54,089 nt of DNA from a virus (lineage: Duplodnaviria; Caudoviricetes), in IMG/VR virus record IMGVR_UViG_3300025141_000127, positions 1 through 54,089 of that record; one strand, 5' to 3'. Positions 9,875 through 19,092 of the stretch are shown here, one piece after another. The translations under genes were made by a program, and so were the position numbers. Every line of letters starts with the position of its first letter. Position 1 is the first letter of the stretch. The notes under the pieces are model-generated. The model was not told the DNA's origin and ran no database searches. It was given only the letters and a program-made list of their open reading frames with translations.

Positions 9875-10869
9875 CACACCCTCACCAAGTCCCAACCAAG
9901 GGACATAAAGTCATAGCCTTCCGGTAACACAGTCGTCTGCACAAATGCACCTGCGCACTCTACATTCCGAAGCGCCCGCATTATCCACCCAAGCGTGACG
10001 GGGTCATACGCCCTGTCAGGTAGGATGAAGAGTGACCTCGGGCCACTCAAGAGGGCACCCGCGAGCGCCACAGCAAGCGCCACAGTCTCCACACCCGAGG
10101 GGATAACCACCGTCCCATTAAGTGAGAGGCGAAACTCTCTCTCCGAAAGTTCGCAGAACTCAGCGCGCCCGATCTCCTCGGGCAGATACCTGTTGATGTG
10201 GGCCTCCACAGTAGAGAACGAGCCCCGGATGAACCGAAGAGCCTCGGCATCAATCTGCTTCTTCAACTCCTTAGCCCGACGAATGTCTTCTTCGAGCCCG
10301 TGCTTGTCGTTGATGATCTCCACGGGTGCCCCACCTCCATAGCCTTCATCGAAGAAGCCCTGCACCACGTTCAACTCGCGCAGGCGAGACTGGTGACTTC
10401 GGATCGCAGAGGCTGTGCCGCGTGACATCTCCAACAGGGCCTTGCGGTATGAACCATGATGCTTCACGCGCGCTTGCCAGCCGGGGATGTTCAGGTCAAT
10501 GGGGTGGTTATCATCGTCGATGTGCTCCAAAAGAAACTCCATCAATGACGCGGTACTTCCGGTGAGCGCATGCATAGCCATAGCAACTACGTTGTCAAAG
10601 CGGTCGCTGCGGTCACCCCAGCATACCTCCTCTCCGTCAACGTACAGAGTTGAGTGCAGCTTTGCCCCGCGCGGAGCGAGCCTCTCAAGCGCGCCCTTCT
10701 GCTTCACATCTTTACCCGCCGCATCGAAGGCGGTGTCGAATGCAGCCAACTCGATGGAGTGCATGATAGCGCTCTTGCCCGAGCCATTGCGGCCGATGAT
10801 CAGGTTGTAGGGCGAGTGCAAACTTAGGTCAATCCTGCCCTTCACATTAGAATGTATCTCATCAATCAT
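9874..10869 (-). CDS. SMC/Rad50-like ABC-family ATPase with short coiled coil
   Basis: Walker A GRNGSGKS; central coiled coil; degenerate signature PSGVE and Walker B/D-loop FILPDRAYDP; GGAGG RBS at 10869. Confidence 0.7.
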   Translation of the reverse strand: MIDEIHSNVKGRIDLSLHSPYNLIIGRNGSGKSAIMHSIELAAFDTAFDAAGKDVKQKGALERLAPRGAKLHSTLYVDGEEVCWGDRSDRFDNVVAMAMHALTGSTASLMEFLLEHIDDDNHPIDLNIPGWQARVKHHGSYRKALLEMSRGTASAIRSHQSRLRELNVVQGFFDEGYGGGAPVEIINDKHGLEEDIRRAKELKKQIDAEALRFIRGSFSTVEAHINRYLPEEIGRAEFCELSEREFRLSLNGTVVIPSGVETVALAVALAGALLSGPRSLFILPDRAYDPVTLGWIMRALRNVECAGAFVQTTVLPEGYDFMSLGWDLVRV

Positions 10870-11045
10870 TTGTCCTCCCTTACTTCTCGGGGCCATATCC
10901 AGCCCGCGTGTCTGTTCTCGCATTCCCAGCCTCCCTGTGGACCCGCGTCAACAACGGTGTCCATAATTCCCCAGTTCCATGTGCGCGCCTCCCCGCACCG
11001 TGAGCAACGGCTCCCCTCCTTCTCCCACACTAGGCGACGCGCCAA
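10866..11045 (-). CDS. Small zinc-finger protein (59 aa, TTG start; not in ORF track)
   Basis: AAGGAG RBS; MARRLVWEKEGSRCSRCG...WECENRH; ATGA overlap with the ATPase gene. Confidence 0.55.
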   Translation of the reverse strand: MARRLVWEKEGSRCSRCGEARTWNWGIMDTVVDAGPQGGWECENRHAGWIWPREVREDK

Positions 11046-11224
11046 AGGTTCTCCTTGGTGGATCGGATCTGCCGGTGGTCAATCCTTCCTGTACTAGCCA
11101 GCTTACGCAGCCAGTAGTCCAACGTCAGTGGCGCGTAGCCGCTGCGGTCGGCGACCTCGCGCGTGGTGTACCATCCTCCTGCGGGTATGGCCTCCAGCAC
11201 TCGCTCTTGCTTCTTCTTGTTCAT
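11030..11224 (-). CDS. Winged-helix DNA-binding protein
   Basis: YTTREVADRSGYAPLTLDYWLRKLASTGRI is a wHTH pattern. Confidence 0.65.
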   Translation of the reverse strand: MNKKKQERVLEAIPAGGWYTTREVADRSGYAPLTLDYWLRKLASTGRIDHRQIRSTKENLWRVA

Positions 11225-11233
11225 CCGTCCTCC

Positions 11234-13693
11234 CTAGACATCTTTCCAAGTTCTGCCAATCTCTGCGCTGGCCGTGAAGGTAACATCGAGACCCTCAACC
11301 CTGCGGGTCAGTGTCTCGTCAACGATCTCCTTGACCTCCTGCGCACGCTCTTCGGGCACCGACAGGAGCACAGCGTCATGTAGCTGATTGACCAGACCTA
11401 TCTTGTTGTCGAAGTCGAAGGGGATGTGCTGCTCCACCAACTCAAGCATAGACATGGCCACTACTGCAAAGCCTCCCGCCTGCACCCCGAAGTTCAGGAT
11501 GGCGTTGTAGTCCTCCTCCGCGAAGTAACGCCGGCGCATCCACACGCGCTCCTCGACGTACCCGTAGTCAGAGAAATGCTTTATTGTTTCTTTCCACCAC
11601 GCTTCAAACTCCGGGGCTTCTGACTTCCATCGGCGATGCAGCAATCGGATCTGCCGCAGGTCGTAGTGCGCGTAGAGCATGTTCCCTTCTTCGTCTTCCG
11701 CCCGCCCGCTGATTTCGTGGACTTTCGGGGCAGAGGCTCCGTACAGTGACGCGAAGCAGATGGTCTTGGCGAGGTTCCGCAGTTGCTTGAACTGGCCCGT
11801 GCCTTTGCCCATCTTGGTATCCGGCGCTCCCTCCGCTTTCCAAAACGCTTCTCCGAACATGAGGTCCGCAGTGAGGTTGTGGGGGTCGATCTCTTTCTTC
11901 TCGAAGGCGTCGAGGTAGTGCTGCGCTCCAGACAAGGCGGCTGCGAATCGTAGTTCAAGTTGATCGTAGTCCGCACCCACAAAGACGCAGCCTTCTGGAG
12001 GGATGAACATATCCCGTAGGTTGAAAGGTATGTTCTGAAAGTTTGGGTTAGAGGACGATAGTCTTCCAGTAACTGTTCCGTGTGAGTTGTAGTCGGGGTA
12101 GACATAGCCATCCTTTACGACACCCGCTCCGGGCGCGAACTTTCTAAGGTAAGTAGATAACAGCTTCTCCGCTCTACGGTAGAACCGAAGCGCCTGTAAA
12201 AATGCACGCTGCCTATCGTCCACTAAAGGGTTGATGGACAGGGACCGCAGGGAGGCTGCGCTAGTGGAGGGCTCACCTGACAGGGTGTACTCATGGGGAG
12301 GCAACGCCCACTTATCGAAGAGCAGGCGACGCAACTGGGTCGGTGAGTTGGGGTTGATGTCGGGCTGGATCTTGCTCAACTCCAGACGCCACTCATACGC
12401 GATCTCCGTCTGTTCCTCCTCATGCCAAGCGCGAGTCTCCTCGTCAATACGCATCCCCATACGACGCATGCCCGCACACAAGCTTTGGAGGCGCAGGTCT
12501 TTGTCGATCAGATGGGTCTGCTTTCTCTCCCAGACCATCTCCAACAAGGGCTGAATAATACGAGAGGTTACGGCCACGTCGGTAGCGCAGTATTGGTGAA
12601 GCTCCTCGTCGGTCTTCGCCGTCACACCCGCGTGGTCGGCCTTCCATGCCGGCACATCAGTAAGGACCGAGCCCACAAAGCCAAGGCTGTGACGGTACTC
12701 GGACGCGCCCAGCTTATGGAGTAGGATGGTATCGATCAGGGAGGTGGGGTTCCCTAGCTTATGAGACTCACACACCAGACGATCAAAGTAACCTGCATTG
12801 TGACCGGCAATACGAACCGACTCATCATCGAACACCTCACGAAGCAGACGTTTAATCTCTCGCTCATCCTCTGGCGAGTAGAATCTTGACACTCCGTCGA
12901 TACTTAGGAAGCCCAGTATTAAAACCTCGTTGTCCGTGCCGATCCCTATACAGCGAAGCTCGCAGTTCAGGGCGTCCACACCGTCGGTCTCCACGTCATA
13001 GGTCAGCACCCACTCGTTCTTGCGTGCGTCGTCAAAGAACTCACGCACCACATCGGGTGCCGGGTTGTATCTCACCACAGGGTCTTTCCAGCGTAGGGTG
13101 CCCTTGTGGTGACGCATTGCCTTCTGCACATCGCCATGCAGCACGGGCGTCAGATGCCTCTGTGCGGCGACCTGTGAGGGGTGATAGGTCGGGAGTATCT
13201 TGAGTCCCTCAACAAGCGTAGGGCCACCTCTGACGGCCTCGAGTGAAGGGTTGCCGGCGAGCATGAACTTGGTCGCGGTGGGGCCGCAGGTGATCACCGT
13301 CTTGTACCGGGCCATCTCCTCCTCGACGTGACCCCTGCACGCTTCGACGGGGGACATCGCAGGACGCCTGCCGGTGCCCGCACCTTGACGGTTCCTCTTC
13401 TTGAGTATCTGCATAAACATACGCGCGTCGTCTTTCGGCCACCGACACCCTACGACGTAGCCGTAGTCAACACCGTGGGCCTTGGTCCCCGCAGACTCGA
13501 GCGCATCCTTCATCGCGACGCCATGCTCGTCGGCCCATGCCCTTCCGAGAACGGACGCCTGCTTCGAGGGGGCGTCACCTAATACCAGAACATCGGAGCC
13601 GTTGTGTAAGAAGTCAACGCGCTCCCACTTACCCTCGGCCTGCCAGTATTTCCGAAGAGGGCAGCGCTCACACTTCGCCTTATCAAATCCCAT
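11234..13693 (-). CDS. polA: Family A DNA polymerase with N-terminal UDG-like domain and 3'-5' exonuclease
   Basis: UDG-like CERC/GDAPS/CRWP/PTYHPS; exonuclease DVETD, HNAGYFD, YCATD; TGRLSS, motif A DYDQLELR, motif B KTICFASLYG, motif C HDA. Confidence 0.93.
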   Translation of the reverse strand: MGFDKAKCERCPLRKYWQAEGKWERVDFLHNGSDVLVLGDAPSKQASVLGRAWADEHGVAMKDALESAGTKAHGVDYGYVVGCRWPKDDARMFMQILKKRNRQGAGTGRRPAMSPVEACRGHVEEEMARYKTVITCGPTATKFMLAGNPSLEAVRGGPTLVEGLKILPTYHPSQVAAQRHLTPVLHGDVQKAMRHHKGTLRWKDPVVRYNPAPDVVREFFDDARKNEWVLTYDVETDGVDALNCELRCIGIGTDNEVLILGFLSIDGVSRFYSPEDEREIKRLLREVFDDESVRIAGHNAGYFDRLVCESHKLGNPTSLIDTILLHKLGASEYRHSLGFVGSVLTDVPAWKADHAGVTAKTDEELHQYCATDVAVTSRIIQPLLEMVWERKQTHLIDKDLRLQSLCAGMRRMGMRIDEETRAWHEEEQTEIAYEWRLELSKIQPDINPNSPTQLRRLLFDKWALPPHEYTLSGEPSTSAASLRSLSINPLVDDRQRAFLQALRFYRRAEKLLSTYLRKFAPGAGVVKDGYVYPDYNSHGTVTGRLSSSNPNFQNIPFNLRDMFIPPEGCVFVGADYDQLELRFAAALSGAQHYLDAFEKKEIDPHNLTADLMFGEAFWKAEGAPDTKMGKGTGQFKQLRNLAKTICFASLYGASAPKVHEISGRAEDEEGNMLYAHYDLRQIRLLHRRWKSEAPEFEAWWKETIKHFSDYGYVEERVWMRRRYFAEEDYNAILNFGVQAGGFAVVAMSMLELVEQHIPFDFDNKIGLVNQLHDAVLLSVPEERAQEVKEIVDETLTRRVEGLDVTFTASAEIGRTWKDV

Positions 13694-13874
13694 CCGTGTC
13701 CTCCGTCAGTTCAATCCTTGCAGGGGGCATCTTCTCTTCGACGCCAGAGTACACCAGCACCAGTGAGCTACACTTTGGGCAGGACAGGTTGGTGACCATA
13801 CTGTAGAAGTGGCTGTCCTCCGCCTCATGGTCGCCGCCCCAGATCAACTCGGCCTTACAGTGCCAGCAGTTCAT
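13683..13874 (-). CDS. Small zinc-finger protein
   Basis: MNCWHCKAELIWGGDH...CPKC; GGAG RBS. Confidence 0.65.
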   Translation of the reverse strand: MNCWHCKAELIWGGDHEAEDSHFYSMVTNLSCPKCSSLVLVYSGVEEKMPPARIELTEDTDGI

Positions 13875-13892
13875 TATGTCTCCAGAGAAAAA

Positions 13893-13971
13893 GGGGATGC
13901 TTCGCGGACCAACTTTCAAAATCCTACTCAACAACCGAACTCACAACAGTTGGTGAGATTGAAGCACCCCC
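13893..13971 (-). ncRNA. Putative structured RNA, unit 2
   Basis: 11-bp closing stem GGGGGUGCUUC/GAAGCAUCCCC (G-U pair works only on - strand); inner CUCAC/GUGAG hairpin; intergenic. Confidence 0.45.
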
Positions 13972-13982
13972 AATGAGGTGAA

Positions 13983-14058
13983 GGGACGCCCCGCAGGAAC
14001 AACCACGAACCTTACCCGGTAACGAGAGGACACAAACGTGCCGGGATTGGGACGCCCC
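13983..14058 (-). ncRNA. Putative antisense sRNA with anti-RBS loop, unit 1
   Basis: 10-bp closing stem GGGGCGUCCC/GGGGCGUCCC; inner CCCGG/CCGGG stem with loop UUUGUGUCCUCU; second loop UUCGUGGUUGUU. Confidence 0.55.
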
Positions 14059-14065
14059 TAAGTCA

Positions 14066-14572
14066 TTAGAATGGCACGTCAGCGTCGAGGCTTGCACGGG
14101 CCGCAGCGGCCTCCGCAGCAATCGCCTTGCGTGACTCGGCCTCGCTCTCGCGCAGCCACTCCGTCTCGGCGAAGGAACCCTCACCGATAGGTGGAGTGAA
14201 CTCCAGCCAACCGGACTGACCGACAACATGGTCCGAGCCCCACGCCTCGATTTCATCCCACTCGCAGCCGGAGTCTAAGATATCTCCAGCATCCTCGCGG
14301 GTGTAACCAATGCCTTCAAGGAACTCCATCCACACACGACCCGCCCAAGCGTAGGGCTGACCAGTGGCGTCAGCGTACATAAGCTGGCCGTAGCACACGC
14401 GGCCCTTCTCGGGACCATCCTCGACGGTGGCCTTCCACGTTGCCATGTAGTTGCCGGCCTTGCTCATGTCCGCGCGCAGCATATCCAGCCGCATGCGGTA
14501 GATGCCTCGAACGCTCAACTTGCCGCCCTGCAAACTCTCACTCTTATCAATACGAAACTTAACCATTGTCAT
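14066..14572 (-). CDS. Single-stranded DNA-binding protein (DUF669-like)
   Basis: GIY...SKAGNYM...DGPEKGR pattern; acidic tail DADVPF; follows Sak4-like ATPase. Confidence 0.7.
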   Translation of the reverse strand: MTMVKFRIDKSESLQGGKLSVRGIYRMRLDMLRADMSKAGNYMATWKATVEDGPEKGRVCYGQLMYADATGQPYAWAGRVWMEFLEGIGYTREDAGDILDSGCEWDEIEAWGSDHVVGQSGWLEFTPPIGEGSFAETEWLRESEAESRKAIAAEAAAARASLDADVPF

Positions 14573-14581
14573 CTCCCTCTA

Positions 14582-15514
14582 CTAAAAGTTGGTGAAAAAA
14601 TCATCCAACAGGTTGGTCTTGTAGCGGCGAAGTACCGCCCTATCAATGCCGTCGCTGACTCCCCAGCGAACGTGTCTTGGATCCTTGTCCTTGTACTTGG
14701 TTGAAATGCTGGCACCGTTTGCCTGCAACCACTTCTTAACCGAGCGTCGGTCCTTTGCCTCTGCCTTTATGATCCCTTGGCAAACCTTCTCGGCCAACTC
14801 GTCGAGCCACTCCAGTCCTTTGGCTCGGGGCAGGTCATAGCCTGTCGCTATCATGATCTCCCGAATGTTGGTGGGTGAGTAATCAGGCATCATCGAGAGG
14901 CGGCTACCCGTGATGTAGTTTGGGGTCGGCGCAGACTGGTAGACGTAGGGCCAGTTGCTTAGGGCGTCCTTGTCATACTTCATGCGGACCACGAAGTCTG
15001 ACATCGCCGGGATTTTCTCCGGCAGTTTCCAGCCTGTAATGGAGGGGTGTCCGGGGATGAACACCGTCTTGTTGTCACGGGTGACTTCGCGTGGCGGGGT
15101 CTCATGCATGACGAGGAAGCAGTGGCAGTCCGCGTTACGCACCCCGTCGCGCAGCTTGTACATCGTCTTGATCAAAACATCGAATGCCTTGAAGCCGGCG
15201 TTGCGTGGGTTGCTCTGGATGTGAATCAGTTCCGCATCGGCGATCAGGCTGAAGTCATCAATGATGATCGCGTTGTACTTCTTCGAAGCGCGGTGAACGA
15301 CATCGGTGATCTTGTCCACCGTCGTGTCGGGGGTGATCACCCAAGTGTCTGGCTCATGCCCGATGTAGTCAGAGCAGGAGGTTCCCCCCACCGACGTGAT
15401 CACAAGGGTCGAGCCGGCGAACGACTTGAGTAGGCCGAGCGTCTTGCCCACCTTGGGCGGCGCATAGATAATACCGAACACCTTCGGCAGGTCTTTGATC
15501 TTCGTCTTACTCAT
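14582..15514 (-). CDS. Sak4-like (AAA_24) ssDNA-annealing ATPase
   Basis: IYAPPKVGKT Walker A; IIIDDFS Walker B; MHE motif; lies between exonuclease and SSB. Confidence 0.75.
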   Translation of the reverse strand: MSKTKIKDLPKVFGIIYAPPKVGKTLGLLKSFAGSTLVITSVGGTSCSDYIGHEPDTWVITPDTTVDKITDVVHRASKKYNAIIIDDFSLIADAELIHIQSNPRNAGFKAFDVLIKTMYKLRDGVRNADCHCFLVMHETPPREVTRDNKTVFIPGHPSITGWKLPEKIPAMSDFVVRMKYDKDALSNWPYVYQSAPTPNYITGSRLSMMPDYSPTNIREIMIATGYDLPRAKGLEWLDELAEKVCQGIIKAEAKDRRSVKKWLQANGASISTKYKDKDPRHVRWGVSDGIDRAVLRRYKTNLLDDFFTNF

Positions 15515-16337
15515 AGTGTCCTCCTCGTTTGCAGGTCTGAAAGAAACGGCACTCGCCGAAGGTTGTTTGGCATGCGTGCTCTTGGTGACTCCCCGGCCAG
15601 CCGAAGGCTTCCCTTCCATCGAACTGGGCTATCATCCGCTCCGCCAACCTAACCGTCTCGGGGAACCGCGCAACAGACTTTTCGGCATACGGCAGAACTT
15701 TCCTCTTGAACGAAGAAACGGGCTTGCGGTCATCCCAGCCAATGAGGTTCAAGATGACGCCCCCGAACTGGTCGCCGTACATCTCACGCCCGATCATCTG
15801 CTGCCCGAGGAACTGGCCCGACAGGGCATACTTGTTGTGTGTCCTGTGCAGGATGGCGAAGCTCGTCTTGTGGTCCACGAAGTACACCTTGTCGTGGTGC
15901 TCCACGATCAGGTCGATGCGTGCCGTGTAGTCATACGCCCTCTCCGTGTGGTCCATGTGCGGGTCGAGCACCTGCGTCTCCACCTCTTTCTCCACGGCGA
16001 GGATGTGCCAGCTTGGAGTGAGGTACATCGCCGTGTACTGGTGGTACACCTCAATGACCTTGCGCCACCACTTGTCGTAGAGCGGATGGCCAGCCTCCAC
16101 GGCGCAGCGCGCTACCGCATCCTCGGGCGACAGGTACGAGGGCTCCTCGTCCTGCTGTTCACATTGGAGGTTGGCATAGTGGTGGGCGAGCGCAACGTGC
16201 ATGAGCGTGCCGCGAACCAACGCATCGGTTGGCTTCCACTCGCGCTCCTTGTTGAAGGCGTAGTAGCGGGGACACTTGAGCACGTTGGCCAGCCTGTGCC
16301 AGCCGGCGCGAGAGGGACCGGTGTCTAGGTATTGCAT
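15507..16337 (-). CDS. Cas4/AddB-like PD-(D/E)XK exonuclease
   Basis: KCPRYY, GTLMH, RIDLI..VDHKT, QFLGQ and C-terminal CxxxxxxCxxxxxC (Fe-S-type cysteines). Confidence 0.8.
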   Translation of the reverse strand: MQYLDTGPSRAGWHRLANVLKCPRYYAFNKEREWKPTDALVRGTLMHVALAHHYANLQCEQQDEEPSYLSPEDAVARCAVEAGHPLYDKWWRKVIEVYHQYTAMYLTPSWHILAVEKEVETQVLDPHMDHTERAYDYTARIDLIVEHHDKVYFVDHKTSFAILHRTHNKYALSGQFLGQQMIGREMYGDQFGGVILNLIGWDDRKPVSSFKRKVLPYAEKSVARFPETVRLAERMIAQFDGREAFGWPGSHQEHACQTTFGECRFFQTCKRGGHYE

Positions 16338-16501
16338 GCGTCCTCCATCGGCTCGGGCTTCCCGTCTTTGCCGATCACGCTGTACCAGCCGGGCCCATCG
16401 CAGGTAGGGCACATAGGCTCCGACGGCGACGAACGATCCTGCTCGTACTCAATGAACTCTCCGCAGTGGTTGCACTCGGCCCAGAAGTCTGCAAGTGTCA
16501 T
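16325..16501 (-). CDS. Small zinc-finger protein
   Basis: CNHC...CPTC; ATGA overlap. Confidence 0.55.
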   Translation of the reverse strand: MTLADFWAECNHCGEFIEYEQDRSSPSEPMCPTCDGPGWYSVIGKDGKPEPMEDACNT

Positions 16502-16758
16502 GCGTTCTCCCACATGCGAAAGGCTTTGTCCAACAGGACCAGTTCGCGGATGACGGTCTTGAACGAGGCCCGCTTGTTGTTGCGGGCAGCGAGGTTGCGG
16601 ATCAACCAGCGCACGTTGGCTGGGCGACTCGCGTCTCGGCGGAACGCGGGGATGTCCATCGAGTGCAGAAGCTTCTTCACTTCGAGGGCACGCTCTTGTA
16701 TCTCTTCGCCCCGGATACGGTGGATGGTAGCCTTGTAGTCGATCGTCTCGTCACCCAT
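16498..16758 (-). CDS. Hypothetical protein
   Basis: GGAGGTG RBS; coupled to both neighbours. Confidence 0.6.
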   Translation of the reverse strand: MGDETIDYKATIHRIRGEEIQERALEVKKLLHSMDIPAFRRDASRPANVRWLIRNLAARNNKRASFKTVIRELVLLDKAFRMWENA

Positions 16759-17096
16759 CACTCACCTCCCGCTTCGTAGGCGGCCCGCTCTGTTGGCAGG
16801 GTGATGAGGCAGTGGTCCCACAACTCCCGCTCGTACTGGTCCCAACGCCTGAAGATGAACACATCGACGACCCGACCCGGTACCACGCACTCCCGCAGGC
16901 GAGGCCACTCAAGGAAGTCGCCCTCGATTGAGTCTGCGTACCCGAGCCCAGTAACATCCGCCGCGTCATGCTGGTGAGCCTCGTCCCGGTAGGTCACGAA
17001 CTCAAAGGACCACGCGCCCTCTTCGCCCTCGAGTGTAGCCCGCACCGCATCGCGGCAAAACTGAATCATCTGCTTCTTCGTTGGCTTGCGCCCCAT
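16758..17096 (-). CDS. Hypothetical protein
   Basis: ACAACCATTGGAGGACAC leader; 112 aa. Confidence 0.65.
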   Translation of the reverse strand: MGRKPTKKQMIQFCRDAVRATLEGEEGAWSFEFVTYRDEAHQHDAADVTGLGYADSIEGDFLEWPRLRECVVPGRVVDVFIFRRWDQYERELWDHCLITLPTERAAYEAGGE

Positions 17097-17174
17097 GTGT
17101 CCTCCAATGGTTGTGTCAGTTTGGTTGCTGACCTGAATAAGTTAACAAGGTAGATGTCAACCAGATGTCAAAAC

Positions 17175-18617
17175 TTATAGACCCGCACTGGCAGCGAGTA
17201 TAGAAGCGATGATCGAGTCTTCGTCCTGATCTCCCATGAGGGTGCCGGCCACCTCGCCGGACTCTTTATCATCCAGCACAGCCTCCACTGATTGAAGCTT
17301 GTCGATCAGTATGTCCGCGACGTATTCGTCCACCGTACCACTGGCTACGGTGTACATGATCAGTACCGACCGCTTCGACCCGTGCCTGCTGAAGCGTCCC
17401 TCCGCCTGTGTGATCTGTCCCGGCGTCCACGGTAGCAGCCCGAAGACCACAAGGTCCGTGTTCTGCAACCCGTCGATGGATTCGCCGAACGCATCGGTGG
17501 TGCCGACGAATGCCGCCGCCCCCTCATGCGCTGCGTACTCGGCGACGATGCCGTCACGGTACTGGGTGCTGTCACCGCCGTGCCCTGTCCAGAGGGGAGC
17601 ATCCTTCAGCTTCTTCCCGATCAGCTTGGCGAGAGCCTCGCAGTCCTTGCGCCGCCCAGTGAAGACGCAGACCTTTTGTCCGGCGTCCACCGCGTCGGCC
17701 ACCGTCTCCGCGATCCAGCGGCGCTTACTACTTGCCGCTGAAAGAATCCTCACCTCGAAGAGAGCCTGCGCTCCGTTGCGGGCGGCCCTCTTCATATCCG
17801 CAGCGAACCCGGAAGGGCGGACCAGATCTGTCTTCGAGAGATACACAAGCTGCCGCCTCTTCGGAGGTAGCTTCCGCGCCATCTCCTCGCGCGAGACTAC
17901 ATGAACTATTTTTGCCAGTCTCTTTTTTAACTCTTCCTCATTCGAGCGGCCGGACACGTCGAGCCCGCCGAACTTACCGGGCTTCGCATCGCAGTAGCGG
18001 TGTACGAAAGACCAGTTAGTACCTAGAAAGTTGGGAGACACTAGGTCAGCCTGACCCCACAGGTCGCCAACCCTGTCCCTGATCAGCGTCGCCGTAAGAC
18101 CGAGACGACGGTGCGCCATGCGTGAGATCGCACAGGCTGCCGCCGCGCGGTTCTCCGCCGAGCGGTACTTGACGTTGCCATCACGGCCAAGGTACTTCCT
18201 CTGTCGCCGCCACGACTTGCCCTTGTGTAGCTCGTCGAACACCACGAAGAGGCGACCCGTCGTCTGACGCCACGCAGCTATCGCATCGATCCAGTAGGGT
18301 ATCGTATCCCATGAGAGGATCAGGATGTCAGCGTCGCGCATCTCCTCAAGAGGCATCGGCGTCCTACTCTCACCCACGATGGCACGGCCCGTGGTGTAGT
18401 GCGACACCTCCCGCTGCCACTGGCGGCGAGCGGGGGCGCGTGTGATGACCAGCGTCTTGCCGGGCTCACCCTGTGACGAGGCCCACAACAATGCAGCTAG
18501 CGTCTTACCTGACCCGCACGCCCACCACAGGATGGCGTCCTTCTGGAACATGAAGTCCCAACCCTCGTTCTGGTACTCGGTGAGGAACCCGTCGAGCACC
18601 CACTGGTGTACTCTCAT
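17175..18617 (-). CDS. SNF2-like SF2 helicase
   Basis: CGSGKT, FDELH, LTAT, GESIDGLQ, QAEGRFSRHG motifs. Confidence 0.88.
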   Translation of the reverse strand: MRVHQWVLDGFLTEYQNEGWDFMFQKDAILWWACGSGKTLAALLWASSQGEPGKTLVITRAPARRQWQREVSHYTTGRAIVGESRTPMPLEEMRDADILILSWDTIPYWIDAIAAWRQTTGRLFVVFDELHKGKSWRRQRKYLGRDGNVKYRSAENRAAAACAISRMAHRRLGLTATLIRDRVGDLWGQADLVSPNFLGTNWSFVHRYCDAKPGKFGGLDVSGRSNEEELKKRLAKIVHVVSREEMARKLPPKRRQLVYLSKTDLVRPSGFAADMKRAARNGAQALFEVRILSAASSKRRWIAETVADAVDAGQKVCVFTGRRKDCEALAKLIGKKLKDAPLWTGHGGDSTQYRDGIVAEYAAHEGAAAFVGTTDAFGESIDGLQNTDLVVFGLLPWTPGQITQAEGRFSRHGSKRSVLIMYTVASGTVDEYVADILIDKLQSVEAVLDDKESGEVAGTLMGDQDEDSIIASILAASAGL

Positions 18618-18859
18618 ATCTCACCCAGCGTCCACAAGATCGTGAACGAGAGCCACGACCAGATGTCCCTCTTCTTGCCCGTGACCTTCAACACACCACC
18701 TTCGATCTCAATCTCAAGGTCGAACATATCACCCATGATGGCGTACATAATGGAGTCCGCAGCATCGGGATGCTCGTCTAGTTCAAGAGATATGGAGGTC
18801 ATGATGCCTCGTATCGTGCCACGCTTCCCGAAGCAGGGGTCGGTAGTAACTAGCTTCAC
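18614..18859 (-). CDS. Hypothetical protein
   Basis: Overlapping start/stop on both sides. Confidence 0.5.
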   Translation of the reverse strand: MKLVTTDPCFGKRGTIRGIMTSISLELDEHPDAADSIMYAIMGDMFDLEIEIEGGVLKVTGKKRDIWSWLSFTILWTLGEI

Positions 18860-19092
18860 TTGGTCCTCATGATCTGGGCGATCTCTTCGTGGGTGATAAA
18901 GTAGCAGTCACAGTGGGTGCAGTGGCGACGCCTCCCGACGCCACCCCTACGGGCCAACTCTCCCGTGTCTTGCATCCGCAGCGCACTCACCAGTCGGTTG
19001 AGGATGTACCTCTTCTTCCCGGCCTTGCGCGTGTACGTCTTGACAGAGTCAATCACCTTGTTCTTTGATGAACCACAGACAGGGCACTTCAT
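18856..19092 (-). CDS. NrdR-like zinc-ribbon protein (no ATP-cone)
   Basis: MKCPVCG...KVIDS...RRRHCTHC..FITHE matches the NrdR N-terminal ribbon. Confidence 0.7.
   Translation of the reverse strand: MKCPVCGSSKNKVIDSVKTYTRKAGKKRYILNRLVSALRMQDTGELARRGGVGRRRHCTHCDCYFITHEEIAQIMRTK

Noticed and set aside
15507-16337. Cas4-like gene as sign of a CRISPR system
   Set aside because: No repeat-spacer array or other cas genes; standard exonuclease-Sak4-SSB recombination module
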